A stretch of 63,097 bases of DNA, filler included, from Babesia bigemina (taxonomy: Eukaryota): assembly GCF_000981445.1 (NCBI RefSeq). It is 17 parts of 17 records of this genome, joined end to end, with 100 filler letters (N's around TTAATTAATTAA, not from the genome) between each part and the next. Parts side by side here need not be neighbours in the genome. Positions count along the whole stretch, not along the records: positions 32,445 to 36,342 come from NW_012237081.1; positions 36,443 to 38,435 come from NW_012237082.1; positions 38,536 to 40,649 come from NW_012237083.1; positions 40,750 to 42,879 come from NW_012237084.1; positions 42,980 to 45,977 come from NW_012237085.1; 12 more parts are not named here. The stretch is one strand, 5' to 3'. This document shows positions 35,917-46,077 of this stretch, in pieces. The stretch's first letter is position 1. Every line of letters begins with the position of its first letter. The position numbers were made by a program, and so were the translations under genes. Below the pieces are notes generated by a model. That model was not told the DNA's origin, searched no databases, and worked only from the letters and a program-made list of their open reading frames with translations.

Positions 35917-36330
35917 AACGTAATTAAATTAAGTTATCTCATCTTATAGTGTGCTATGTGGCTACGTGCCTAGGGCCGGTTTTCGTGTTTGCGGGGCTAA
36001 CGCCTCACGCTGAAACCGGTTGCGGGATCCACGCCGGTCCATTGCCGGACGTCACTGGTGCCATCCATGCGGGCATCCATCCAGTTTGGGCTTGAGGGTC
36101 TTCTACGGAATCGTAGTCTTCTTTCGGCTTCATATCCCTCATCACTATTTTATGTGTTTCTTGGATCACTACCCTTTGTATGTGGGCTTCCATGCGATCC
36201 GATATGCCCAGGTCCCGTCTATACTTGCTGTGTTCTTTCGTCACTATTCCCTCCCACGTCATAACGTAGGGGATAACCCTGATCTTGGTGTGCTGGTTAA
36301 ACTGTCGCGCCTTGAGGTCCTCAATAAACG
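35917..36330 (-). mobile_element. Putative 3' end of an RLE-type non-LTR retrotransposon (ORF stop at 36005-36007)
   Basis: Minus frame is open from the gap: FIEDLKARQFNQHTKIRVIPYVMTWEGIVTKEHSKYRRDLGISDRMEAHIQRVVIQET. From recall, this resembles the IPYVMTWDG.VTK.H..Y...L.I....EAYIQ..V segment ending restriction-like endonuclease domains. Confidence 0.6.
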
Positions 36331-36442
36331 AATCTCTGATCTNNNNNNNNNNNNNNNNNNNNNNNNNNNNNNNNNNNNNNNNNNNNTTAATTAATTAANN
36401 NNNNNNNNNNNNNNNNNNNNNNNNNNNNNNNNNNNNNNNNNN

Positions 36443-36764
36443 TACACATCTACGGATTGGCAACGCTACGCCTCTGTCTGTCGCCCCCTACCCATTTAGG
36501 TACAAGGTGTTCGACAGTGCTCGGCTTTTGACGGAGCCGATAATTTCCATTTCGCTTGACATTTTGCGGTCGTCTACTTTCTCAGGTAGACAGACCCGGC
36601 TAGTGGAACGGAAAGTCTATGCGTGGCGCGTCCACTCGCGACGTTTTGTTGGTTGGATCGGTAATAGTCGCTGGAGCTTACACCCGCGATTGATGCCGAG
36701 TATTCAGCGAAAAGGAGTGGGTAGCGGCTATCTCGTATGTTTATTCTTGTTAATGTAGTACCGT
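36443..36764. repeat. 322-bp inverted repeat, left arm (right arm 38109-38430)
   Basis: tacacatctacggattggc...gtagtaccgt is the reverse complement of acggtactac...gtagatgtgta. The same 83-aa ORF is called on both strands. Confidence 0.95.
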
Positions 36765-38299
36765 TTGATGCGCGCAATGAAGACCAGTGCAATGTTGTGG
36801 AACTAAAACAGGTTACGAGGTATTCATCTAAGGCCTCCGAGTATGCTAACAGCACAAAGCTGCATGTACCATCGATGCTTAATTTACAGGCTTTGCCGAG
36901 GCGCGATTTGGACGACGCATTCTCGATGGATGATGCCAAAACTTCTGCCTCTATCTCGGACACAGCCAGCCCATTCGGCACCGAGTGCGACAAAATGAAC
37001 TGGAACAAGAAGAAAAACGGAGAGTCGCTAGTGGTGCCTACTGCCTTCTCCACGTTTAGACGTAGTAGATGTGATCATTTCCCTGGATATGCTCCCAGCA
37101 GCACGCTGCAGTTTGCCGATGAGCCCTTCTTCACGGGGTACAATGGCTCCTTTGCCTCTGATGAGGTTTACGACATTTCGGAAACGAATTTCGATTTCAC
37201 CACGGTAACTGGCTATGGCATGGATGATGACTACACGGACAACTACGTGTCCATCATAGACATGGTCTGTGGCGTAGCTGATGAGTCGGAGGAACGCGCG
37301 ATTGGCATGCGCCGCGGCGTGCTTGTTGAGGCGCCCAAGGAGCTAGAGCCAAAGGCCTCCGAGTATGCTAACAGCACAAAGCTGCATGTACCATCGATGC
37401 TTAATTTACAGGCTTTGCCGAGGCGCGATTTGGACGACGCATTCTCGATGGATGATGCCAAAACTTCTGCCTCTATCTCGGACACAGCCAGCCCATTCGG
37501 CACCGAGTGCGACAAAATGAACTGGAACAAGAAGAAAAACGGAGAGTCGCTAGTGGTGCCTACTGCCTTCTCCACGTTTAAACGTAGTAGATGTGATCAT
37601 TTCCCTGGATATGCTCCCAGCAGCACGCTGCAGTTTGCCGATGAGCCCTTCTTCACGGGGTACAATGGCTCCTTTGCCTCTGATGAGGTTTACGACATTT
37701 CGGAAACGAATTTCGATTTCGCCACGGTAACTGGCTATGGCATGGATGATGACTACACGGACAACTACGTGTCCATCATAGACATGGTCTGTGGCGTAGC
37801 TGATGAGTCGGAGGAACGCGCGATTGGCATGCGCCGCGACGTGCTTGTTGAGGCGCCCAAGGAGCTAGAGCCCTTCCTGCTTCATTGTTACGCAACGTGC
37901 GCCATTGTATTCATCGTTCTTAGACGAGGAAAGCGGCTCCAGTACAGCGCCGCTGCCTACACGGCGGCATTGGGTAAGTCCAAGAGTACTGTTGCCCTTC
38001 ATGTTGTACCCAGAAACTGCATTAACAAGCAACCAATCAGCAAGATTCTCGACAATAACTATATATACGCTACCGTTATAAACATTAAATCGAAAATGGA
38101 CTACATTGACGGTACTACATTAACAAGAATAAACATACGAGATAGCCGCTACCCACTCCTTTTCGCTGAATACTCGGCATCAATCGCGGGTGTAAGCTCC
38201 AGCGACTATTACCGATCCAACCAACAAAACGTCGCGAGTGGACGCGCCACGCATAGACTTTCCGTTCCACTAGCCGGGTCTGTCTACCTGAGAAAGTAG
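36737..38299 (+). CDS. Hypothetical acidic protein with an in-frame 174-aa duplication
   Basis: 520-codon ORF, no recognised domain. Both ends overlap the inverted repeat arms, so the gene model is uncertain. Confidence 0.4.
   Translation: MFILVNVVPFDARNEDQCNVVELKQVTRYSSKASEYANSTKLHVPSMLNLQALPRRDLDDAFSMDDAKTSASISDTASPFGTECDKMNWNKKKNGESLVVPTAFSTFRRSRCDHFPGYAPSSTLQFADEPFFTGYNGSFASDEVYDISETNFDFTTVTGYGMDDDYTDNYVSIIDMVCGVADESEERAIGMRRGVLVEAPKELEPKASEYANSTKLHVPSMLNLQALPRRDLDDAFSMDDAKTSASISDTASPFGTECDKMNWNKKKNGESLVVPTAFSTFKRSRCDHFPGYAPSSTLQFADEPFFTGYNGSFASDEVYDISETNFDFATVTGYGMDDDYTDNYVSIIDMVCGVADESEERAIGMRRDVLVEAPKELEPFLLHCYATCAIVFIVLRRGKRLQYSAAAYTAALGKSKSTVALHVVPRNCINKQPISKILDNNYIYATVINIKSKMDYIDGTTLTRINIRDSRYPLLFAEYSASIAGVSSSDYYRSNQQNVASGRATHRLSVPLAGSVYLRK
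36830..37872 (+). repeat. 522-bp tandem duplication (2 copies)
   Basis: aaggcctccgagtatgct at 36830 and 37352. Three amino-acid differences (R/K, T/A, G/D). Confidence 0.95.
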
Positions 38300-38430
38300 A
38301 CGACCGCAAAATGTCAAGCGAAATGGAAATTATCGGCTCCGTCAAAAGCCGAGCACTGTCGAACACCTTGTACCTAAATGGGTAGGGGGCGACAGACAGA
38401 GGCGTAGCGTTGCCAATCCGTAGATGTGTA
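38109..38430. repeat. 322-bp inverted repeat, right arm
   Basis: Reverse complement of 36443-36764. Confidence 0.95.
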
Positions 38431-38535
38431 GAGGTNNNNNNNNNNNNNNNNNNNNNNNNNNNNNNNNNNNNNNNNNNNNTTAATTAATTAANNNNNNNNN
38501 NNNNNNNNNNNNNNNNNNNNNNNNNNNNNNNNNNN

Positions 38536-39890
38536 TGAGAGATTCGTCCGCCTGCTACTCGGCCGGCACTAGAATCTTTAGGGAAATTATTCCCAAGCTC
38601 CTTAATATTTGTATCAACCTTATCGACTGCTTCCTTAATGGCCTTCTTCACCTTAAACAAATCCGCTTTCAGCTCACCGTCCATCGTTATGACAGCTCTA
38701 AGCGCTGCCGTGACTTCCGTTTGAACTTTTCGTTTAGCATCATCTCCTGCGCTGTGGAGCACTAATACTGCAGCTTTCAACTGCTCCACGACGCTATGCA
38801 TTCTATACGTCTTCGTGCTGGAATCCTTCTCATTCGATTCCGCCAATACTTTATTCACCTTTTCCAGCGCCACATTCACATAGCTCTCCGCCTTCTTCAT
38901 ACACGCTTCTAGCTGCTTAACGTATTTTTCCAGATCTGTGCTTATCTCCCTCAGCTTCTTCAAAATTTTCTGCACCCTCAATTTCAAATCATTAACTAAT
39001 TTATCTATATCGTCACCCACCTGCTTGTTTATGCAGCTCTTCAAATTGCGGAAACTTGTCTTAATCTTCTCCGTCGTCTCCTTCAACTCAGCGTCTTTCC
39101 GCTTGTGCACGCTGGCCAGCCGCTGGCTCTCGTACTCAACAAGCTTACGAACATGCAACACTTTGTCACGCAACTTATCATTAAGGTCATAAATGTTTTT
39201 TTTCATCTTAGTGTTGTTATTTGCCTTGGGGTCCAGAAATTCCGCGCACCTCTTGCTCCTCTCTGTGGCCTCCTTCAGCCGGTCGCCGAAGGACCTAGCG
39301 GCGTCGGCCAGTTGTGGATCCAGATCATGTTTGTCAACCTGAATCTTATTAATGCTAGCAATCAACTCACCTCCATTTTTCTTGGTGTAGTCGAGAAGTT
39401 TTTTAAGCGGCTCAATCACTGCTTCATTAGAAGACTTTACATTAGCATTATACCCCCGCACCCCTTCGACCACACTTCCAATCGCAGCATTAAAACCTTT
39501 TTTACCGGCGTGTTTATTTTTGTTAAGTGATGCAATTGCTTCATTTAAAGTATCTTTATGCTGCCCTAAATGGCCTTGGATGTTACTGAGAACACCACTC
39601 AAAAATCCCATCAGCCCGTCACACAGCCTGTCCAGGTCGGAGTACACAATGCCCTGGCCATCGTAGCCTTTGGAGTCTTTGTTGAAGCCGAGAAAAGTTT
39701 CGAGGCCAGAGCAGAGGTTATTAAGGATGTTAGTAGGGTCATTATTTGAGGTATTTTATAGGTTCAAAATTTAGTCAAATTTCTTGTCAAGCTCCCTCGG
39801 CGGCACATGGTCAGGGCAGTGGCAAGAGGTGGAAGAGGGGAAGTGAAGGGTGACAAGGCACAAGTTATTGTTATGGTTTAAAGAGGTCAT
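38536..39890 (-). pseudogene. ves1: ves1 5' part with two in-frame TAA codons in the leader (39771-39773, 39756-39758)
   Basis: Leader ATG at 39890. Downstream frame YSDLDRLCDGLMGFLSGVL is open to the gap. Confidence 0.75.
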
Positions 39891-39918
39891 AGCGGTATTA
39901 TGGCGAGGTGATTCGAGG

Positions 39919-40363
39919 GATGTAGAGTGGATAAAGGGGCGATGTAGAGTGGGTTAAGGGGCGATGTAGAGTGAATTAGGGAGCGATGTAGAGTGGGTTA
40001 AGGGGCGATGAAGAGTGGGTTAAGGGGCGATGAAGAGTGGGTTAGGGGGCGATGTAGAGTGGATAAAGGGGCGATGAAGGGTGGATTAGGGAGCGATGTA
40101 GAGTGGATAAAGGGGCGATGTAGAGTGGATAAAGGGGCGATGTGGAGTGGGTTAGGGAGCGATGTGGAGTGGGTTAAGGGGCGATGTAGAGTGGGTTAGG
40201 GAGCGATGCAGAGTGGGTTAGGGAGCGATGTAGAGTGGATGAAGGAGCGATGTGGAGTGGGTTAAGGGGCGATGTGGAGTGGTTTAAGGGGCGATGTAGA
40301 GTGGGTTAAGGAGCGATGTAGGGTGGGTTAAGGAGCGATGTAGAGTGGGTTAGGGAGCGATGT
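39919..40363 (-). repeat. 22-bp array, truncated (no 20-bp or 12-bp arrays follow)
   Basis: Direct reading of units. Confidence 0.95.
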
Positions 40364-40380
40364 CGAGTACATCAGGGTAC

Positions 40381-40649
40381 GAAGTCGGGATGCTAATTAG
40401 AATACGTTGAGTCAATCCACAGAGGCATTCCGTGCAAAACGCCGATGGGCTTCACCGACCTCAGCGTAACAGCTTCAGACAGAGGCACGGGTGAGCGTCT
40501 TATGAAAGTGTTGAGTAAACTGTGCGGTGACTCAAACAGCCCCCTTAACAAAGTTTGCAGTTACCTGCAGTGTCTTCTCCAACGTCCTCCGGAGACGCTT
40601 GCAACGTGTTCAGCTTCTACTATCATCTTACCGATCGCTGGGGTATGCA
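40381..40649 (+). other. ves1: Internal ves1 fragment nearly identical to ~2037-2305
   Basis: HRGIPCKTPMGFTDLSVTASDRGTGERLMKVL, degraded at both ends. Confidence 0.85.
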
Positions 40650-40751
40650 NNNNNNNNNNNNNNNNNNNNNNNNNNNNNNNNNNNNNNNNNNNNTTAATTA
40701 ATTAANNNNNNNNNNNNNNNNNNNNNNNNNNNNNNNNNNNNNNNNNNNNAT

Positions 40752-41423
40752 TTAATAATGCTTCAATTGGATTTTTACATAATTGTTGGAATTTCTTACA
40801 TTACCATTATACCCCCCCACCCCTGCGACCACACTTCCAATCGCAACATTAAAACCTTTTTTACCGGCGTGTTTATTTTGCTTAAGAGTGTTAATTGCTT
40901 CAGTAATTTCTCCTTTATGCTGCCCTAAATGCTCTTTGATGTTACTGAGAACACCACTCAAAAATCCCATCACCCCGTCACACAGCCTATCCAAGTCAGA
41001 GTACACGATGCCTTTGCCAGTGTAGCCTCTGGAAGCAGAGTCGAAGCCGAGGAATGTCTCGAGGCCGGTGCAAAGGTTATGAAGAATGTTTTCATCACCT
41101 TTTTTACCAAGTGATTCAGTGAAATTTTTAAGCTTATCATTAAGTTCTTTAAGTTGTTTCTCACGCTCAGAAATTTCATCATAGGCTTTCTGCTTGGAAC
41201 CGTCACGGTAGGAAGCATTGTGATATAGCCTTTCGCAGTCTGATTTATACTGTTTAAGGTGTTCTTCAGTTACTTTTGGAGTTTTTTTTGGAGATTCAGA
41301 ATCTTTGGAATTTTTAGCATCTTCATGCTCCTTCAACAGCCTATTGGCCCACTGGCAAGTGGACTCATTTCCCCTATACTTAACAGGGCATTCAAGTTTA
41401 GATTTTTCGGCTTGGAGGGACTT
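40752..41423 (-). pseudogene. ves1: ves1 5' part fused directly to the 22-bp array (no leader, no ATG)
   Basis: Begins KSLQAEKSKLECPVK (compare KSLTTEKSKLECPFK at ~21013). Contains YSDLDRLCDGVMGFL. Confidence 0.8.
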
Positions 41424-42749
41424 AAGGGGCGATGTGGAGTGGGTTAGGGAGCGATGTAGAGTGGATAAAGGAGCGATGTGGAGTGGATAAGGGAGCGATG
41501 TGGAGTGGATTAGGGAGCGATGAAGGGTGGATTAGGGAGCGATGTAGAGTGGGTTAGGGAGCGATGAAGGGTGGGTTAAGGGGCGATGGAGAGTGGGTTA
41601 GGGAGCGATGTAGAGGAGGTTAAGGGGCGATGTAGGGTGGGTAAAGGGGCGATGTAGAGTGGTTAAGGGAGCGATGGAGAGTGGATAAAGGAGCGATGTA
41701 GAGTGGATAAAGGGGCGATGTAGAGTGGGTAAAGGGGCGATGTGGAGTGGATAGAGGAGCGATGTAGAGTGGGTACGGGAGCGATGTAGAGTGGGTTAAG
41801 GGGCGATGTAGAGTGGGTTAAAAGGCGATGTAGAGTGGGTAAAGGGGCGATGTGGAGTGGGTTAAGGAGCGATGTAGAGTGGGTTAAGGAGCGATGTGGA
41901 GTAGATTAGGGAGCGATGTGGAGTGGGTTAAGGGGCGATGTAGAGTGGTTTAAGGGGCGATATAAAGTGGATAAGGGGCGATGTAGAGTGGGTTAAGGGG
42001 CGATGTAGAGTGGGTTAAGGGGCGATGTAGAGTGGGTTAAGGGGCGATGTAGAGTGGGTTAGGGAGCGATGTAGAGTGGGTAAGGGAGCGATGTAGAGTG
42101 GATAAAGGGGCGATGTAGAGTGGGTAAAGGGGCGATGTAGAGTGGGTTAAGGAGCGATGTGGAGTGGATTAGGGAGCGATGTAGAGTGAATAATAATCAC
42201 CACTTATGTCATCGCTGCCGTGTCCATGTCATCGCTGCCGTAACCATGTCATCGCTGCCGTGACCATGTCATCGCTGCCGTGACCATGTCATCGCTGCCG
42301 TGACCATGTCATCGCTGCCGTGACCATGTCATCGCTGCCGTGACCATGTCATCGCTGCCGTAACCATGTCATCGCTGCCGTAACCATGTCATCGCTGCCG
42401 TAACCATCAACTAGGTCAGCACTTTGGTACGTGGCCTTGGTCACCACTTTGGTCAACACCTTGGTCAGCACGTTGGTCATGGCATTGGTCACCACTTTGG
42501 TCAGCACATAGGTCGTGGCATTGGTCAGCATCTTGGTCACCACATTGGTCAGCACGTTGGTCAGCACATTGGTCACCACTTTGGTCAGCACCTTGGTCAG
42601 CACTCTGGTCAGCACATGGGTCACCGCTTTGGTCATGGCATTGGTCAACACGTTGGTCATTACTCTGGTCAGCACATAGGTCAGCACATAGGTCAGCACT
42701 TTGGTCAGCACATTGGTTACCACTTTGGGCAGCATCTTGGTCAGCACTT
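41422..42749 (-). repeat. Repeat cassette: 22-bp (41422-42190), 20-bp (42206-42407), 12-bp (42413-42749)
   Basis: Same units and order. Confidence 0.95.
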
Positions 42750-42864
42750 TAGTTAAGCTATTAGCACAATACAGCGTACAAGCGAGCTAATCGAGTAGAT
42801 ACATAAGGCAGTTAAGTCAACCATTTACATAAGTCTATGGTGACGTACGGTGATGCTAGGTGAG

Positions 42865-42879
42865 GACGAATTCTCTAGA
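42865..42879 (+). other. Probable cloning-vector remnant (GACGAATTCTCTAGA, EcoRI-XbaI)
   Basis: Lies at a contig end. Degraded 'agagattcgt' or 'agc(t)tgat(t)cgt' versions occur at 16696, 19086, 24026, 36342 (reverse), 38536, 51268 and 61087. Recalled as a pSMART-type flank. Confidence 0.7.
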
Positions 42880-42979
42880 NNNNNNNNNNNNNNNNNNNNN
42901 NNNNNNNNNNNNNNNNNNNNNNNTTAATTAATTAANNNNNNNNNNNNNNNNNNNNNNNNNNNNNNNNNNNNNNNNNNNN

Positions 42980-43025
42980 TCCCTTGGACCTGCACGTAGA
43001 TACAGCCTGTATTCGTTCCTTCCAT
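42980..43025 (-). CDS. Probable start of a third small Cys-rich membrane protein (MEGTNTGCIYVQVQG...), truncated by the gap
   Basis: Same GGGAAG-ATG context just after the 75-bp array as at 4702 and 30912. TGCI matches TGCIQFQ of the 4702 protein. Confidence 0.55.
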
Positions 43026-43046
43026 CTTCCCCTTCCCCTCCCAGAT

Positions 43047-44103
43047 CCCCTCAACCTGCAAACATCAATCACCTAAGCAACGCACTCACCAACTGCAACA
43101 CGTACCACTGCCGCTACCAGTCCCTCAGCCTGCGAACATATCAGTCACTCAAGCAGCACTCACCAACTGCAACACGTACCACTGCCGCTCCCACTCCACT
43201 CAACCTGCGAACATGTCAATCACCTAGCAACGCACTCACCAACTGCAACACGTGCCACTGCCGCTCCCAGTCCTCTCAACCTGCAAACATATCAGTCACC
43301 TAGCAAGCACTCACCAACTGCAACGCTACCACTGCCGCTCCCAGTCCCCCCAGCCTGCTAGCATATCAATCACCTAGCAACGCACTCACCAATTACAACA
43401 CGTACCACTGCCGCTACCAGTCCCCTCAACCTGCAAACATATCAATCACTCAAGCAGCACTCACCAATTGCAACACGTACCACTGCCGCTCCCACTCCCC
43501 TCAACCTGCTAACATATCAATCACTCAAGCAACGCACTCACCAACTGCAACACGTGACACTGCCGCTCCACTCCCCTCAACCTGCAAACATATCAATCAC
43601 TAACCAACGCACTCACCAACTGCAACACGTACCACTGCCGCTCCCACTCCCCTCAACCTGCAACTATATCAATCACTCAAGCAGCACTCACCAACTGCAA
43701 CACGTACCACTGCCGCTCCCAGTCCCCTCAACCTGCAGACATATCAATCACCTAGCAACGCACTCACCAACTGCAACACGTAACACTGCCGCGCCCAGTC
43801 CCCTCAGCCTGCAAGCATATCAATCACCTAGCAAGCACTCACCAACTGCGACACGTAACACTGCCGTTCACACTCCCCTCAGCCTGCTAACATATCAATC
43901 ACTAAGCAACGCACTCACCAACTGCAACACGTACCACTGCCGCTCCCAGTCCCCTCAACCTGCAAACATATCAATCACCTAAGCAGCACTCACCAACAGC
44001 AACACTACCACTGCCGCTCCCAGTCCCCTCAACCAGCTAACATCAATCACTCAAGCAGCACTCACCAACTGCAACACTACCACTGCCGCTCTCACTCCCC
44101 TCA
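43047..44103 (-). repeat. ~75-bp tandem array (~14 units)
   Basis: Same unit as 3926-4690. Confidence 0.95.
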
Positions 44104-44876
44104 TCAACACCTCCCCTCACCCCTGTATCCCCCCAGCCCAGGCCGCCGACACCCACGCTGCCCGGGATACCACAGATGCCCTGACGCGACGCATGTGATC
44201 GGCACCAACTGTCACTCTAAATTATTCATTATTCGCAACGCCATTAAAATTGCAGCGAACCCCGTGCGCTCAACTCCCACAGTGCAGCAGCACCGTGCTA
44301 CGAGCCGCGGTATCGGCGCCATACTGGCGGAGCGTGTCGGCTACGTGCCTAAATGTGATATTAACAATCGCTACATCGCTGCCAATATATGCTACTTAAC
44401 CGGGCCAACTCCGATTACGCCACCGTGCCAGTGACTCGCGACACACGACTTGGGGCACCAGCCGCGGCCTTCACGACCGCCTACGTCAGCGACCAATCAC
44501 CCAGCCTCACGTGACACTCACTCAATGGGCAACGCGGACGCCTCTCACAGGCAACGCGTAACTCAACGCAACAACCAACCGAAGTCCCAACGCACCTACC
44601 AAATTACGGTTCATGTGCCAGCTTAGCACTTTGCCTGGTTGCTAGGTCAACACTTTGCCTGGTTGCTAGCTTAGCACTTTGCCTGGTTGCTAGCTTAGTA
44701 CTTTGCCTGGTTGCTAGGTTAACACTTAGCTTGGTCGTTCAGTCATCACCTAATCTAGGTGCTATTTAGTTCACAGGTTGCCGCTAGAGTAATTCGAGAC
44801 ATTAGACTACGTTTGTCGGTTAGGTGAGTAGGTGAGTAGTTACGTGAGTTGATGTGAGTTACAAACGTGAATACAA
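44104..44876 (-). other. Conserved non-coding block 3' of a type-A ves1
   Basis: Collinear with 3141-3925. Confidence 0.85.
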
Positions 44877-45935
44877 TTACGGCTGTAGATACGATATCTT
44901 GGCAAGCCTTCCGACTTGCGCTGCAGCCAACAGTGATTGCGCCGTTATCTTGTGCGATGACGGTATCCTCAGGTGTGAGCGTATGTGGAGCACATCCAGT
45001 CTGCCAACCATTACGCAGATTAGGTAGAACAGGGATAGTGACCAGAGTGCCACGTTAAGCCAGATGAACGGCTGCCTGATGGTGAAAATGAAATTATCAA
45101 TGGCTTTGAAGAGTTGCACAAGATGTGAGTCCTTCTCAAATGCCTCCGCAAATACATCACAGAAATCTCTGCACGTGCGTTTCGTTTGCGGTCGTTCACT
45201 TCCGTTCAGCTTCTCTGCATTGCCGAGAACAAAGCCGTATTTTGCCAATGTCGGCAGCGTAGCATTGCACTGTACAATGGATTTGCATTTGGGATCGTGA
45301 TATCGTGGCGGTTGATACGTGGTGGATGTAGTTCTACATTCCTTGATGCACGCCTTTTCATGGCAATTCGATCCCCTGGCACCGCATTTGGAATTGCACT
45401 CATCGTACAATTTCTTAAGCAGATCGTAGAACGTCGCCGTCAGGTAGACAATCCACGACAAATATTTATCGGCGTGTTCTGACGAGAAAGTCTCGTAGAT
45501 GGCGTGAGTGATGGGACGCAGATAAGGACCGCATACGACGGAGTCCTTTGATAAGCATACGAGACTGCCCAGGCTGCCATCGGAGTGGCCCTTCTTCAAT
45601 GCTGAGTGGCTAGGGGTAAATAAGTGGTAGACTTTCAAATCATTATACTGACGCCCGAAATTGGCAGCGGTGACTTTCTCTGTAAATGCCAGTTGTTTAT
45701 GATCATTGCCATGCATACCCCAGCGATCGGTGAGGTGATAGTAGAAGCTGAACATGTCCGCCAGCGTTTTCGGCGCACTAGGCAAAAGGCAGTTGAGGTA
45801 ACCGCACAGTCTAGTGAGAGGCGATTTCGCACTCCCACAGAAATACTCAAGCACCTCGCATATATTCCGGCCAATCATCGTATGCGACGCGATGGCACCG
45901 ATGTCAGCGAAGCCCATTGGAGTTCTGCACCGCAT
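44877..45935 (-). CDS. ves1: ves1 C-terminal fragment, type-A tail, 5'-partial
   Basis: CRTPMGF, YLSWIVYL, TM helix, AQVGRLAKISYLQP. Confidence 0.9.
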   Translation of the reverse strand: MRCRTPMGFADIGAIASHTMIGRNICEVLEYFCGSAKSPLTRLCGYLNCLLPSAPKTLADMFSFYYHLTDRWGMHGNDHKQLAFTEKVTAANFGRQYNDLKVYHLFTPSHSALKKGHSDGSLGSLVCLSKDSVVCGPYLRPITHAIYETFSSEHADKYLSWIVYLTATFYDLLKKLYDECNSKCGARGSNCHEKACIKECRTTSTTYQPPRYHDPKCKSIVQCNATLPTLAKYGFVLGNAEKLNGSERPQTKRTCRDFCDVFAEAFEKDSHLVQLFKAIDNFIFTIRQPFIWLNVALWSLSLFYLICVMVGRLDVLHIRSHLRIPSSHKITAQSLLAAAQVGRLAKISYLQP

Positions 45936-46077
45936 ACCCAGGTGAATTACCCCCAGTGCACAGGACAGACTGATCCCNNNNNNNNNNNNNNNNNNNNNNN
46001 NNNNNNNNNNNNNNNNNNNNNTTAATTAATTAANNNNNNNNNNNNNNNNNNNNNNNNNNNNNNNNNNNNNNNNNNNN

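Noticed and set aside
35936..35947. CTCATCTTAT shared between the putative retroelement 3' UTR and the subtelomeric 22-mer
   Set aside because: Only 10 low-complexity bases, which is compatible with chance.
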